A stretch of DNA of 64,000 nt from Candidatus Tectimicrobiota bacterium (GTDB taxonomy: Bacteria > JACPUC01). The stretch lies in NCBI GenBank assembly GCA_016192455.1, contig JACPUC010000019.1:124001-188000 (forward strand). The letters run 5' to 3'. The notes under the pieces were generated by a model that saw only the letters and a program-made list of their open reading frames with translations, ran no database searches and was not told the DNA's origin. The translations under genes and the position numbers were made by a program. Below are positions 1 to 9,878 of the stretch, piece after piece; position 1 is the stretch's first letter, and each line of letters starts with the position of its first letter.

Positions 1-476
1 CTATCGCGGCGCAGGGGCGCAGGGGAGTGTTTGCGGCCCCCAACCCCCCTTGGCACGGCCGCCTGCCGCGCAGTGGATTCATCAGGGAACTCTCGGGACG
101 TACCACGAATTGAAGCTGCTCAGCATCTCGTAGGAGCGCTTGGCATCCTCGTAGGAGGCCTGCGCCACTCTACCCTGCTCTTTGTCTGTTTTCACCCTAC
201 GCTTGAGCAGGGCAGTGGACGCTGTGGTGGGCACCTTACCTCTTATCCTCTCTTCCGAGACCCTACGCGCCCGCCCTCCGGATTTCGGCCGGACCTTCCA
301 GGCTGCTCGTGGAGCAAGCGGCCAAGAAGGCGGCCCAGGAGGGGCGGCGCATGCAAGCCGCTCGTATCGCTCCCGCGGTCTGCCGCTCGCCGGTTTGGCG
401 GCATTGCCTTTTCCGCCCGCCGAGGAGGCGGTGGCGCACAAGGCTGCCTTTGCGGCGAGCCGTGGCGCACTTTGCT

Positions 477-505
477 TTGGCGGGGGGCGAAGAGCGTGAT
501 ATAGT
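477..505 (+). promoter_or_regulatory. Putative sigma-70 promoter upstream of the binding-protein/hydantoinase unit
   Basis: TTGGCG-N17-TATAGT with TG just upstream of the -10 (extended -10). Confidence 0.45.
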
Positions 506-887
506 AGTCTCCTTCACAGTAACCGCCAGCACTCTTGTCGGGGCTCTCTGAACTTGCGGACTGAGGCCGCCGTGGGCAGCAGCCGGGATGCCCGGCGCCG
601 CTCTTCCTGGGTGGTTGGAGCCGCGCCGGTGGCGCCGAGTGCGCTGTTCACGCGCCGGCACTTGAGGTAGGATGGAGGCACAGCGATTCGAGCTCTGAGA
701 AACACGACACCCTGGAGCAGCCAGCCTTGTCCCCGTCGGTAACCTGGCCTCAATGCAACGGCACGACCGGGAGAGCAGGAGCCGGCTTCCAGATTTGTAA
801 GGAGGTGCAAGCAACCGGAACGTTGTTCAAACACGGTTGGAGGTGAAGGGGGAAGCTACGTTCTAAGGCAGAGGAGGAGAACTCAAG

Positions 888-2084
888 ATGGCAAGAAATT
901 CTCAACGTCGCGCCTGGATAGTGTTCGTCATGGTAGCCATGGCCCTGAGCCTGCTGACGATCATGCCACGGCAAAGCGCCGCCATCGAAGGCCCCGAGAT
1001 CAAGATCGGCGTCTTGAAGCCCTACACGGGATGGGGGGCTGAGACGGCACAGTATGCCGAAATCGCCATGGACATGGCCCTGGACAAGATCAACAAGGCC
1101 GGCGGCATCAACGGCATCCCCATCCGGCTCATCAAGTACGACACGCGCAGCAAAGCGGAGGAGGCGATCCTGGCCGCCCGGCGGCTCCTGGAGCAGGACA
1201 AGGTGCTGGCCATCATGGGGCCTGAGCTGAGCGCCGAGGCGCAGGTCGTCTTCCCGGTCATCAATCGAGGCGGCGTGATGGCGGTCTCCTCGATGGCCTC
1301 GGCACCCGGCATTGCCGCCGCGAACCGCCCCTGGGCGTTCCGCAACATCATGACGAGCGAGAAGCTCCTTGAGCCGGCGTTGGCCAAGTTCTTGAGCAAG
1401 CATCCAGAGATCAAGAACGTGGTCATCGTGTATGACAATAAGGATTTCCTGTCGAAATCCGAAGGCACGAAACTCTTTCCGGAATTGTTGAAGCCGCACA
1501 ACATCAAGGTCGTGGACATGGTCGCCTTTCACACCGGCGATGTCGACTACGCGGCGCAGGTCACCAAGATCAAGAACACGAAGCACGATGGCATCATCCT
1601 TGCCGCCCTCTACTATGAAGGGGGGTACTTCGTGCGCGAGCTGCGGCGGCAAGGTGTGAAGAGTCCCGTGCTGGCCGGCATCGGCATCTCCAGCCCGGTG
1701 TTCATGCGCGCCGGAGGCGAAGCTACAGAAGGGGTTGTCAACGCGCAAGGGTTCTGGACGGGAAACCCGCGGCCCGAGGTGCAGGAGTTCGTGAAGGAGT
1801 TCCTGGAACGCGCCAAAGGGAAAGTCCAAGTGATTACGCCGCCGCAGTACACCGCCTCCAACTACGACTCGTTGATGATCACCGCCAAAATCATCAAGGA
1901 GTCGGGGGTGACGAACCGCTCCGAAGACCTCGCCAAGGACCGCGAGCGTATCCGCAACGGTTGGCAGAATCTGAAGGATTACCCGGGCATGCAGGGTAAG
2001 ACGAGCATCGGAGCGGACGGCGATGCCGTGAAGGACGTCTACATCATCGTGGTGAAGGGCGGCGATTTCGTGCCCTACGAGTAG
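888..2084 (+). CDS. Branched-chain amino acid-type (LivJ/LivK-like) ABC transporter substrate-binding protein
   Basis: Signal peptide; IKIGVL...INKAGGING.PIRLIKYD and 'TGDVDYAAQVTKIK' patterns of periplasmic binding protein type 1; GAGGAG RBS. Confidence 0.9.
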   Translation: MARNSQRRAWIVFVMVAMALSLLTIMPRQSAAIEGPEIKIGVLKPYTGWGAETAQYAEIAMDMALDKINKAGGINGIPIRLIKYDTRSKAEEAILAARRLLEQDKVLAIMGPELSAEAQVVFPVINRGGVMAVSSMASAPGIAAANRPWAFRNIMTSEKLLEPALAKFLSKHPEIKNVVIVYDNKDFLSKSEGTKLFPELLKPHNIKVVDMVAFHTGDVDYAAQVTKIKNTKHDGIILAALYYEGGYFVRELRRQGVKSPVLAGIGISSPVFMRAGGEATEGVVNAQGFWTGNPRPEVQEFVKEFLERAKGKVQVITPPQYTASNYDSLMITAKIIKESGVTNRSEDLAKDRERIRNGWQNLKDYPGMQGKTSIGADGDAVKDVYIIVVKGGDFVPYE

Positions 2085-2124
2085 CGCAGGGGTGCTAGGC
2101 CGCCTCAGCCTGCGGCGGAACTCA

Positions 2125-2153
2125 GTGGCAGCTCCCTGCCGGGGAGCTGCCAC
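2125..2153 (+). terminator. 12-bp stem-loop downstream of the binding-protein gene (mRNA-stabilising hairpin or terminator)
   Basis: GTGGCAGCTCCC-TGCCG-GGGAGCTGCCAC perfect inverted repeat; no U-tract. Confidence 0.5.
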
Positions 2154-2555
2154 ACGTCGCATTTCAGAAAGGGCGGCGCCGCAGCGGAACCTTGCCACGG
2201 GTGAGCGGCCGCATTCTGGTGCACCGTGGCGCGCGGCCGGAGTCTCGCCGCGGCCGGGGCGAGGCCGTCGCGGCTCCTGGGGGAGTCAGGAGCAGAAGCC
2301 CAACGTGGTGTAGCGCCAACGCCTTCCAGTCAAGCCGCACCTCTACGCCTTACCCCAAGCCGCGCCTCGGTCTCCTCTTTCGAGACGGGAGGCCCGTCGG
2401 CGGCGGGTCCGCCTTTCAACGGCCAATGGTGCGGACGGGCGCGGCGCAGGCTGGAAGCTGCCGGTTGGTAGCTCGAACTACGCGGTCGCCTCGCGGCGCC
2501 GATCAACACCATCGTTCCGAACGCTGAGCGCGTGCGTGAAGGAGGAAAGCACGGC

Positions 2556-4646
2556 GTGGCGCATATCATCGGCGTGGACAGCGGGGGGACATTCACGGAC
2601 TGCATCGCCATCAGCGATGACGATGAGGTGATCTGGGACAAGGCGCCGTCGACACCCAGCGATCTCACCCGCGGTGTGCTCGCCTCCGTCGAGAACGTGG
2701 CGCGCCTGCGCAACGTTGAGCTGGAAGAGCTGCTTGGGGCCACCACGAGTTTCGTCCACGGCACCACGGCGGCCATCAACGCCCTCATCACCCGGGCCGG
2801 CGCCAAGACCGGCCTGATCACCACCATGGGACACGAAGATTCAATCCTCATCGGCCGCGTCTACCAGAAGGTAGCCGGCTTGTGGGAGAAAGAGGTCACC
2901 CACGCGGTGAAGCTCGACAAGCCGCTGCCCCTGGTGCCGCGGCCGCTCATCCGTGGCGTCACGGAGCGCATTGACTATAAAGGTTCGGTGCTCGTGCCCC
3001 TGAACCAGCGCGACGTGGAGCAGGCCATCGAGAACTTCCTCGCCGCCGGGGTCGAGGCGGTCGCCGTCTCCCTCCTCTGGTCGTTCATGAACCCCAGCCA
3101 CGAGGAGGCGATCAAACGCCTGATCGAGGCGCGGGCGCCGCAGCTCTTCGTGACGCTGTCGAGCGACATCGCTCCGATCATGAAGGAGTACGAGCGCACC
3201 GCCACCACCGTGATCAACTCTTACCTCGGCCCGGTCACCCAGCGCTACATGATGTCGCTCCAGAAGCAGCTCGAGGCCCGCAAGCTGCGCAGCCCCCTGG
3301 CGGTCATGCAGTCAATGGGCGGCGTCATCTATGCCGAGGAGGCGCGACAGCACTCGGTGCACCTGCTCAACTCCGGGCCGGTCGGCGGCGTCATCGGCTC
3401 CTTGAAGCTCGCCTCCCTCCTTGGTCTGCGCAACGTCATCGCCACGGATGTGGGAGGCACCAGCTTCGACGTGGGGCTTGTGGTGGAGGGCGAAGCCTCC
3501 TATGCCCCGTCACCCATCTTCGGGCAGTACCACGTCCTGCTGCCGATGGTGGACATCGTCTCGATCGGCGCCGGCGGCGGCAGCATCGCCTCCCTCGAGC
3601 CGGAGACGAAGCTGCTGCGCGTCGGTCCGCAGAGCGCCGGCGCCTCCCCGGGACCGGTCTGCTACGATGCCGGCGGCGCCGAGCCGACGGTCACCGACGC
3701 CGATGTGATCCTCGGCCGCATCAACCCGGAGAACTTCTGGGGCGGGCGCCTGCGGCTCAACCGCGAGAAAGCGCTGCGCGCCATCGAGGAGCGCATCGCC
3801 CGGCCCCTGGGCATGGACACCATCGAAGCGGCGAAGGGCATCATCGACATCGCCGACGCCCACATGGCGGACCTCATCCGCAAGGTCACCATCGAGCGCG
3901 GCCACGACCCGCGCACCTTCGTCCTCTTCGCCTATGGCGGCGGCGGCCCCAGCCACGTCGGCGCCTACGCCAAGCAGGCGGGAATCAGCCAGGCGGTGGT
4001 CTCCCCGTATGCGCCGGTGTTCTCCGCCTTCGGCATCGCCTCCTCCAGCCACGTGCGCTTCTACGCCAAGTCCGAGCCGATGCTGGCCCCGTTCCATGCC
4101 GAGCGCTTCAACGCCATCTTCCGCCCTCTCGAAGAGGCGGCGCTGGCTGATCTCCAGCGCACCGGCCTGAGCTCGTACGCGCACACCCTGGCGCGCTTCG
4201 TTGACCTGAAGTTCCGGCGCCAGGTCAACGAGGTGCGCGTGCCGGCCCCCGTGGGGAGGGAGCTCGACGCGGCGGACATGCAGGCGCTCGTGCAGCGCTT
4301 CTGCGACATGTACGAGCAGCTCTACGGGGAGAACACCGCCTATGCCCAGGCGGGCATCGAGCTGACCACGTTCCGCGTCACCAGCACCGTGACCCTGCAG
4401 CCGCTGCAGCTCAAGCCGAAACCGCTCGGCCCCGCCGATCCGCGGCCGGCCCTGAAAGCACAGCGTCCGGTCTTTTTCAGCGGCGATTTCGAGCCGACGA
4501 ACGTCTACGACGCGCAACTTCTGCAACCCGGCAACGTGGTGCGCGGCCCCGCCGTCATCGAGAGCCCGGCCACCTCGCTGCCGATCCATCCCGGCCAGAC
4601 GGCGCGCTTCGATGAGTACCTGAACGCCCGGCTGGATCTCGGGTAA
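2556..4646 (+). CDS. Hydantoinase/oxoprolinase family, ATP-binding A subunit (HyuA-like)
   Basis: GVDSGGTFTD, HGTT, NSGPVGG, TDVGGTSFD, GAGGGS, VGPQSAGASPGP motifs; GTG start after GGAGG. Confidence 0.92.
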   Translation: MAHIIGVDSGGTFTDCIAISDDDEVIWDKAPSTPSDLTRGVLASVENVARLRNVELEELLGATTSFVHGTTAAINALITRAGAKTGLITTMGHEDSILIGRVYQKVAGLWEKEVTHAVKLDKPLPLVPRPLIRGVTERIDYKGSVLVPLNQRDVEQAIENFLAAGVEAVAVSLLWSFMNPSHEEAIKRLIEARAPQLFVTLSSDIAPIMKEYERTATTVINSYLGPVTQRYMMSLQKQLEARKLRSPLAVMQSMGGVIYAEEARQHSVHLLNSGPVGGVIGSLKLASLLGLRNVIATDVGGTSFDVGLVVEGEASYAPSPIFGQYHVLLPMVDIVSIGAGGGSIASLEPETKLLRVGPQSAGASPGPVCYDAGGAEPTVTDADVILGRINPENFWGGRLRLNREKALRAIEERIARPLGMDTIEAAKGIIDIADAHMADLIRKVTIERGHDPRTFVLFAYGGGGPSHVGAYAKQAGISQAVVSPYAPVFSAFGIASSSHVRFYAKSEPMLAPFHAERFNAIFRPLEEAALADLQRTGLSSYAHTLARFVDLKFRRQVNEVRVPAPVGRELDAADMQALVQRFCDMYEQLYGENTAYAQAGIELTTFRVTSTVTLQPLQLKPKPLGPADPRPALKAQRPVFFSGDFEPTNVYDAQLLQPGNVVRGPAVIESPATSLPIHPGQTARFDEYLNARLDLG

Positions 4647-4665
4647 GGTTAGAGAGGAAGCGACC

Positions 4666-6930
4666 ATGGCGCACAGCCCAGATATCTCCACCACCCCCAG
4701 CGATGAGCAGGGCGTCGCCCTCCTGCGGGGCAAGGTTGATCTCGTCACCTTCGAGGTCCTGCGGCATCGCCTCTGGGCCATCAACGACGAGGCGGCCGCC
4801 GTCCTGCGGCGCGTCTCGGGATCGCCCGTCGCCTTCGATGTCAATGACTTCAACACCACCCTCCTGGACGCCCAGGGCAACGCCTTCATTGTCGGCGTTT
4901 ACATGCTCTCCATCGCTATCGGCCAGGACATGGTGGCGAAGTACATCCTGGAGCACTACCAGGAGAACCCGGGGATCAATCCGGACGACATGTTCATCTG
5001 CAATGACCCGTACATCGGCTCGCCGCACCAGAACGAGGTGACCGTCGTGGCGCCGATCCACTGGCAGGGGGAGCTGGTCGCCTGGGCAACCGCCTCCATT
5101 CACCAGCAGGACGTGGGCGGGCCGACGAAGGGGAGCCAGGTGAGCGTCGGTGCGAAGTCGATCTTCGAAGAGGCGTTCCCCATGGCGCCCATGAAGATCA
5201 TCGAGGGCGGCGTAATGCGCAAGGACATCGAGGAGGAGTACCTGCGCCGCTCCCGCACCCGCGAGCTGAACGCCCTCGACCTGCGCGCCAAGATCGCCTC
5301 GAACCAGGTGCGCAAGCGGCGCATCCACCAGATCATCGAGCAGTACGGGGTCGATACCGTGAAGAGCGTCATCCAGGGCATGATCGACTACGCCGAGACC
5401 CGCTTCCGGGCGCGCCTGCGCGAGCTGCCCGATGGCACCTGGCGGCACACCACCTTCCTCGACCACTGCCTGGCCGACGGCTCCATCATCTACCCCATCA
5501 AGCTCGCCATGACGAAGCGAGGCGACCAGCTCCACTTCGACTTCACCGGCACCGCCAAGCAGGCCCCGGCGATCATCAACTGCGCGTACCAGGGCCTCAT
5601 CGCGGGGATCATCGGCGCCGTCTTCCCCTACCTCTGCTACGACCTGCCCTGGTCCCCCGCGGGGGTGCTGAAGGCGATCAACGTCACGGTCGAGCCGGCC
5701 ACCGTGGTCAATGCAAGCTGGCCGGCGGGCGTCTGCAAGGCGACGACGGCGGCGATCACCATGGTGAACACGGTGGCGAGCATCTGCGTGGCCAAGATGC
5801 TGGCCGCCAGCGACGCGTACCGCGACCACACCATGGCCTCCTGGATGTCCGTGGCGCCTGTGCAGGAGCTCTTCGGCACGAACCAGCGCGGCGAGACGTT
5901 CGGCGCCACCCTCCTCGATCAGCTCGCGGGCGGCGGCGGCGCGCGCAGCGACAAGGACGGCATCGACACCGGCAGCATCATCCGCTCGCTGCATCTGACG
6001 ATCTCCAACGTGGAGACCTACGAGTTCCTCTATCCTCTCCTCTACCTGGCGCGGCGGCAGCAGCCGGACAGCGGCGGCGCCGGCACCTTCCGCGGCGGGG
6101 TGGGCGTGAGCATCCTCTACACGCCGTATGACATCGACGAGATTCCGACCAACATCATGCACACCATCTGCTGCGAGCAGCCGGCCAGCGTGGGCATCTT
6201 CGGCGGCTACCCGGGCGCCACGAACCAATTCACCATCAAGCGCAACTCGAACATCTGGCGGCTCTTCGAGAAGAACCTCCTGCCCACCTCCCTCGACGAG
6301 GTCGAAGGGGAACTGGAGATCGAGCCGGGCATCAAGGAGTCGAACCTGCGGCTCGGCGATGTCTACCGCTGCGTCACCTCGGGCGGCGGCGGTTACGGCG
6401 ATCCCCTGCGGCGCGATCCGGCCCGCGTGCTGCGCGACGTGCAACAGTCCCTCGTCACCCCTGAGGCCGGCCGCAGCCTCTACGGTGTTGTCGTTGACGC
6501 AAGTGCAGGGCAGGTCGATGCGGCCCAGACGACGGCGCTGCGGGCCGCCATGCGGCGGCTTCAGGGCGGAGCCGCGGGCTCGCCTCCGCCGGCTCCAGCG
6601 GCAAAAAGAGCCGCCGCGGCTGCCAGCATTGGCGAGGCGACGTGGCGCCAAGTAGGGGCGAACCTCTTCCTCGAGGCGGCGGGGAGCGAGGCGGCCTGGC
6701 AGCGCTGCCGGTGTGGTCAAGCCCTTGGCGCGGTGGGCGAGAACTTCAAGGCGCACACCGTGGTCAATGAGCTGCCGCTACAGGCGGCGGGGCCGCACGT
6801 TGATCCTTACAACCTTGGCAAGGGCAAGTTCGTCTTCCGGCAGTTCCTCTGTCCGAGCTGCGCGGTGCTGCTGGAGACCGAGGTGGCGCTGAAGGGCACC
6901 CCGTTCGAGTGGGATATTGAGGTTCGCTGA
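4666..6930 (+). CDS. Hydantoinase B/oxoprolinase family subunit with C-terminal acetone carboxylase gamma-like Cys4 domain
   Basis: CNDPYIGSPHQNE, HQQDVGG, DSGGAGTFRGG, GGGGYGDPL motifs; tail with CRCG...FRQFLCPSCAVLLETE. Confidence 0.9.
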   Translation: MAHSPDISTTPSDEQGVALLRGKVDLVTFEVLRHRLWAINDEAAAVLRRVSGSPVAFDVNDFNTTLLDAQGNAFIVGVYMLSIAIGQDMVAKYILEHYQENPGINPDDMFICNDPYIGSPHQNEVTVVAPIHWQGELVAWATASIHQQDVGGPTKGSQVSVGAKSIFEEAFPMAPMKIIEGGVMRKDIEEEYLRRSRTRELNALDLRAKIASNQVRKRRIHQIIEQYGVDTVKSVIQGMIDYAETRFRARLRELPDGTWRHTTFLDHCLADGSIIYPIKLAMTKRGDQLHFDFTGTAKQAPAIINCAYQGLIAGIIGAVFPYLCYDLPWSPAGVLKAINVTVEPATVVNASWPAGVCKATTAAITMVNTVASICVAKMLAASDAYRDHTMASWMSVAPVQELFGTNQRGETFGATLLDQLAGGGGARSDKDGIDTGSIIRSLHLTISNVETYEFLYPLLYLARRQQPDSGGAGTFRGGVGVSILYTPYDIDEIPTNIMHTICCEQPASVGIFGGYPGATNQFTIKRNSNIWRLFEKNLLPTSLDEVEGELEIEPGIKESNLRLGDVYRCVTSGGGGYGDPLRRDPARVLRDVQQSLVTPEAGRSLYGVVVDASAGQVDAAQTTALRAAMRRLQGGAAGSPPPAPAAKRAAAAASIGEATWRQVGANLFLEAAGSEAAWQRCRCGQALGAVGENFKAHTVVNELPLQAAGPHVDPYNLGKGKFVFRQFLCPSCAVLLETEVALKGTPFEWDIEVR

Positions 6931-7061
6931 GGCGAGCAACGTCAGGCAAGAAGCCGGAGTTCAGGGATGCAGGTCCCCAGGCGGCGCGTCCACCGTGGCA
7001 GGTGGCGGCAAGCCGGCGGGGCGCCGCGGGCGTGCCGCCGTTCACAGAGGGAGGCGCAAGC

Positions 7062-7733
7062 GTGGAGACGAGAGGTGAGGAGCTGACCCTTCAACCTGAA
7101 GAAACGGCGCTCATCATTATCGACATGCAGAACGGCTACTGCTCTCCGAACGGTGGGCTGGCGCGCGGCGGCGCGGATGTGCGCAACCAAGCGAGGATTG
7201 TGCCCAACGTCGTGGCGCTGGCGCGCGCCTGCCGCGCCGCCGGCGTGACGATCATCTGGGTCACCCAGGAGCACTACCAGGAGGACGTCACCCGCAAGCG
7301 CCACCGCATCCCCTCGCACCTCGACAAGCGGGGCGTCTTCCCGGCCTTGCGCCGCACGCCTGATGCGGAGCTGGTCGCGGAGCTGCGGCCCGAAATGCTG
7401 ACGACCGATGAGCGCGTCATCAAGCACCGCATGTCGAGCTTCTACAGCACCACCCTCGATGCGAAGCTGCAGATGCTGGGGATCACCACCCTCATCATCT
7501 GCGGCGTCGCCACCAATGTCTGCGTCGAGTCCACGGTGCGGGACGCCTATTTCCGCGACTACGACATCATCGTCGTGCGCGACTGCGTGGCCTCCTCCTT
7601 CCCCGACCTGCACGCCGCCACCCTGAAGAATGTCGAAATCTACTTCGGGCGCGTCGTCTCGCTCAGCGAGCTGCAAGCGATGCTCTCCGCCTCCACCGCT
7701 GCGCAGGCCGCGCGCGTGGAGACCGCCTCGTAG
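7062..7733 (+). CDS. Isochorismatase-family cysteine hydrolase (RutB/N-carbamoylsarcosine amidase-like)
   Basis: Asp-Lys-Cys triad motifs IIIDMQNG, IKHRMSSF, GVATNVCVEST; GTG start after GGGAGG. Confidence 0.9.
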   Translation: METRGEELTLQPEETALIIIDMQNGYCSPNGGLARGGADVRNQARIVPNVVALARACRAAGVTIIWVTQEHYQEDVTRKRHRIPSHLDKRGVFPALRRTPDAELVAELRPEMLTTDERVIKHRMSSFYSTTLDAKLQMLGITTLIICGVATNVCVESTVRDAYFRDYDIIVVRDCVASSFPDLHAATLKNVEIYFGRVVSLSELQAMLSASTAAQAARVETAS

Positions 7734-7843
7734 TCCGCCCCGTCGGCGGGGCAACAGCAGGGCATTCTCAGGAAGGTCGCCACGAGGAACCGCCACCGCA
7801 CCCTCGGTCCGCGTCGCCGTTTCTGCTCCTCGATCCCCCTTCC

Positions 7844-9400
7844 CTACCACCCCATCCTCTTGAGCACGGCCGGAATCGCCGCCAGCACGTCGCGGGCGAT
7901 GAGCGCCGCCTGACCGGTGGTTTCGGCGGCGAGGTCGCCCGCCAGGCCGTGCAGGAAAACAGCGGCGCGCGCCGCCCGGTAGGGCGGCAATCCCTGCGCC
8001 AGCAATGACCCAAGCATGCCGGAGAGGACATCCCCCATGCCGGCGCTGGCCATGCCGGCGTTGCCTGTGGGATTGATGGCGAGCGGAGAGGCGGGGGCGA
8101 CGACGAGCGACCTCGCCCCCTTGAGGATGAGCGTCTGGTTGAACCGCCGCAGCGCCGCGCGCGCCGCCTCGAGGCGATCGGCCTGAACCTGCGCCGCGCC
8201 GCAGCCGAGCAGCCGCGCCAGCTCGCCCGGATGCGGCGTGAGGACCAGCGGCGCGGCAGCGGCGGCAAACGCCTCGGGGTGGCCGGCAAGGGCGTTCAAG
8301 CCATCGGCGTCCACGACGCAGGGGCAGGCCAGCTCGCGCAGGATCTCCCGGCAGAGGCTCGTCGAATCGGGGTGGGTCGTGATCCCCGGCCCCAACACCA
8401 TGGCATTGATGCCGCGCTCACGGCTGAAGGCCGAGAGCTGCTTCAGCGCGTAGGGATGCAGGCTCCCCTCCTCGTTCTCGGCCAGCGGCAGGGTCATGAT
8501 CTCCATGAGGCCGGTGGAAGCGCGGCTCTGCAGACCTTGCGGCCAGGCGAGGGTGACGAGCCCGGCGCCGCTGCGCAGGGCGGCCAGGCTGCTCATCATG
8601 GCAGCGCCGGCCAGGCGCGGCGATCCCGCCACCACCAGGACGTGCCCGTAGCTCCCCTTGTGACCGTCGGGCGAGCGCGCCGGCAGCGCCGCGCGCACCT
8701 CCGCCTCCTCGATGAGTTCGACCGCGATCCCTTCCGCCTCGACGGCCGCGGGTGGTATGCCGATGTCGGCCACCACCAGCTCCCCCACCGCCGCGGCGGC
8801 GGGGTAGAGCAGCACCCCGAGCTTGGGGAGCGCGAAGGTAACCGTGAGCTGGGCGCGCGCGTGCTCGCCAGGAATGGCGCCGCTGTCCGCCTGCAGGCCG
8901 GAGGGGAGGTCCACCGCCACGATCGGCCCGGGCGCCTCGTTCATCCGGCGAATGACCTGGGCAAGGAAATCGCGGGCGGCGCTGGTGAGGCCGGTTCCCA
9001 GGAGAGCATCGATGATGAGGCCGGCTTGCGCTAGCTCCCTGGCGAGCTCATCGAGCGGAGCGCCCTCGGCAACGACGAGGCGCGGCACTCCCATGCCGAC
9101 CACCGCCTCATAGTTGACTCTGGCGTCACCTTGAAGCGTCGCGGGGTCGGCAACGAGAATCAGGCGCACAGCCACGCCGCGGTTGAAGAGGTGGCGCGCC
9201 AGGGCGCAGCCGTCGCCGCCGTTGTTGCCGCGCCCAGCCACGACGGCAATGCGCAAGGCGCGATACCGCGGGTAGCGCAGCTCGATCGCCGCCAGCACCT
9301 GCAGGGCGGCATTCTCCATGAGCACGATGCCGGGGATGCCGTAGACCTCGATGGCGCGGCGGTCAATCGCCCGCATCTGCGCAGCGGTTGCAACCTTCAT
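7844..9400 (-). CDS. nnr: Bifunctional NAD(P)H-hydrate epimerase/dehydratase
   Basis: LMENAA, GRGNNGGDG, DALLGTG, AVDLPSG, HKGSYG, DADGLN, LTPHPGE, GMGDVLSG motifs. Confidence 0.95.
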   Translation of the reverse strand: MKVATAAQMRAIDRRAIEVYGIPGIVLMENAALQVLAAIELRYPRYRALRIAVVAGRGNNGGDGCALARHLFNRGVAVRLILVADPATLQGDARVNYEAVVGMGVPRLVVAEGAPLDELARELAQAGLIIDALLGTGLTSAARDFLAQVIRRMNEAPGPIVAVDLPSGLQADSGAIPGEHARAQLTVTFALPKLGVLLYPAAAAVGELVVADIGIPPAAVEAEGIAVELIEEAEVRAALPARSPDGHKGSYGHVLVVAGSPRLAGAAMMSSLAALRSGAGLVTLAWPQGLQSRASTGLMEIMTLPLAENEEGSLHPYALKQLSAFSRERGINAMVLGPGITTHPDSTSLCREILRELACPCVVDADGLNALAGHPEAFAAAAAPLVLTPHPGELARLLGCGAAQVQADRLEAARAALRRFNQTLILKGARSLVVAPASPLAINPTGNAGMASAGMGDVLSGMLGSLLAQGLPPYRAARAAVFLHGLAGDLAAETTGQAALIARDVLAAIPAVLKRMGW

Positions 9401-9494
9401 GGGAACCATCTGCCTGAGGCGTTGAGGCGATAAACTTCAGATGCAGTGCGTGGGGCATCTCGTATCCCCAACCAATAGCATCGGAATCAGCTCG

Positions 9495-9523
9495 ACCTTA
9501 GCCCAGAAATTTCGACATGGCAA
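9495..9523 (-). promoter_or_regulatory. Putative sigma-70 promoter for nnr
   Basis: TTGCCA-N17-TAAGGT on the minus strand. Confidence 0.45.
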
Positions 9524-9878
9524 GGAGATGCGCGCCTATCCCCTTGTCATGTAAAGAGTAAGGCTGGCAAGCTGGGTCGTGACCCGGGAATATTCGAGCG
9601 CTGAGAAAAGAACGGCACGCTTGCCAAGCAGGAGGTCAGCGATGGGGACGGAGCGGCAGTAGTCGGCGAAGTTCAAGACGGAGAACGGGCCAGAGTACAC
9701 TTTCTCTCCTGGGCTTGCCTTACTTCCAGACAATCCAGCTACAGTATTTTTGCGGCTTATTGTGCTCGCCGTACACAGCACTCTATAGTATGATTTGCAC
9801 TTCTTCCTTTGAGCGTGCTTGACTTCTGCGGACTTTCCGGTCCGTTCGCACCAGCGCTTACTTCGGGGGGATGAGTCG

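Noticed and set aside
50-66. TTGGCACG...CTGC as a sigma-54 promoter (also TGGCGCAC at 432 and 463)
   Set aside because: GG to GC spacing does not fit the strict -24/-12 distance
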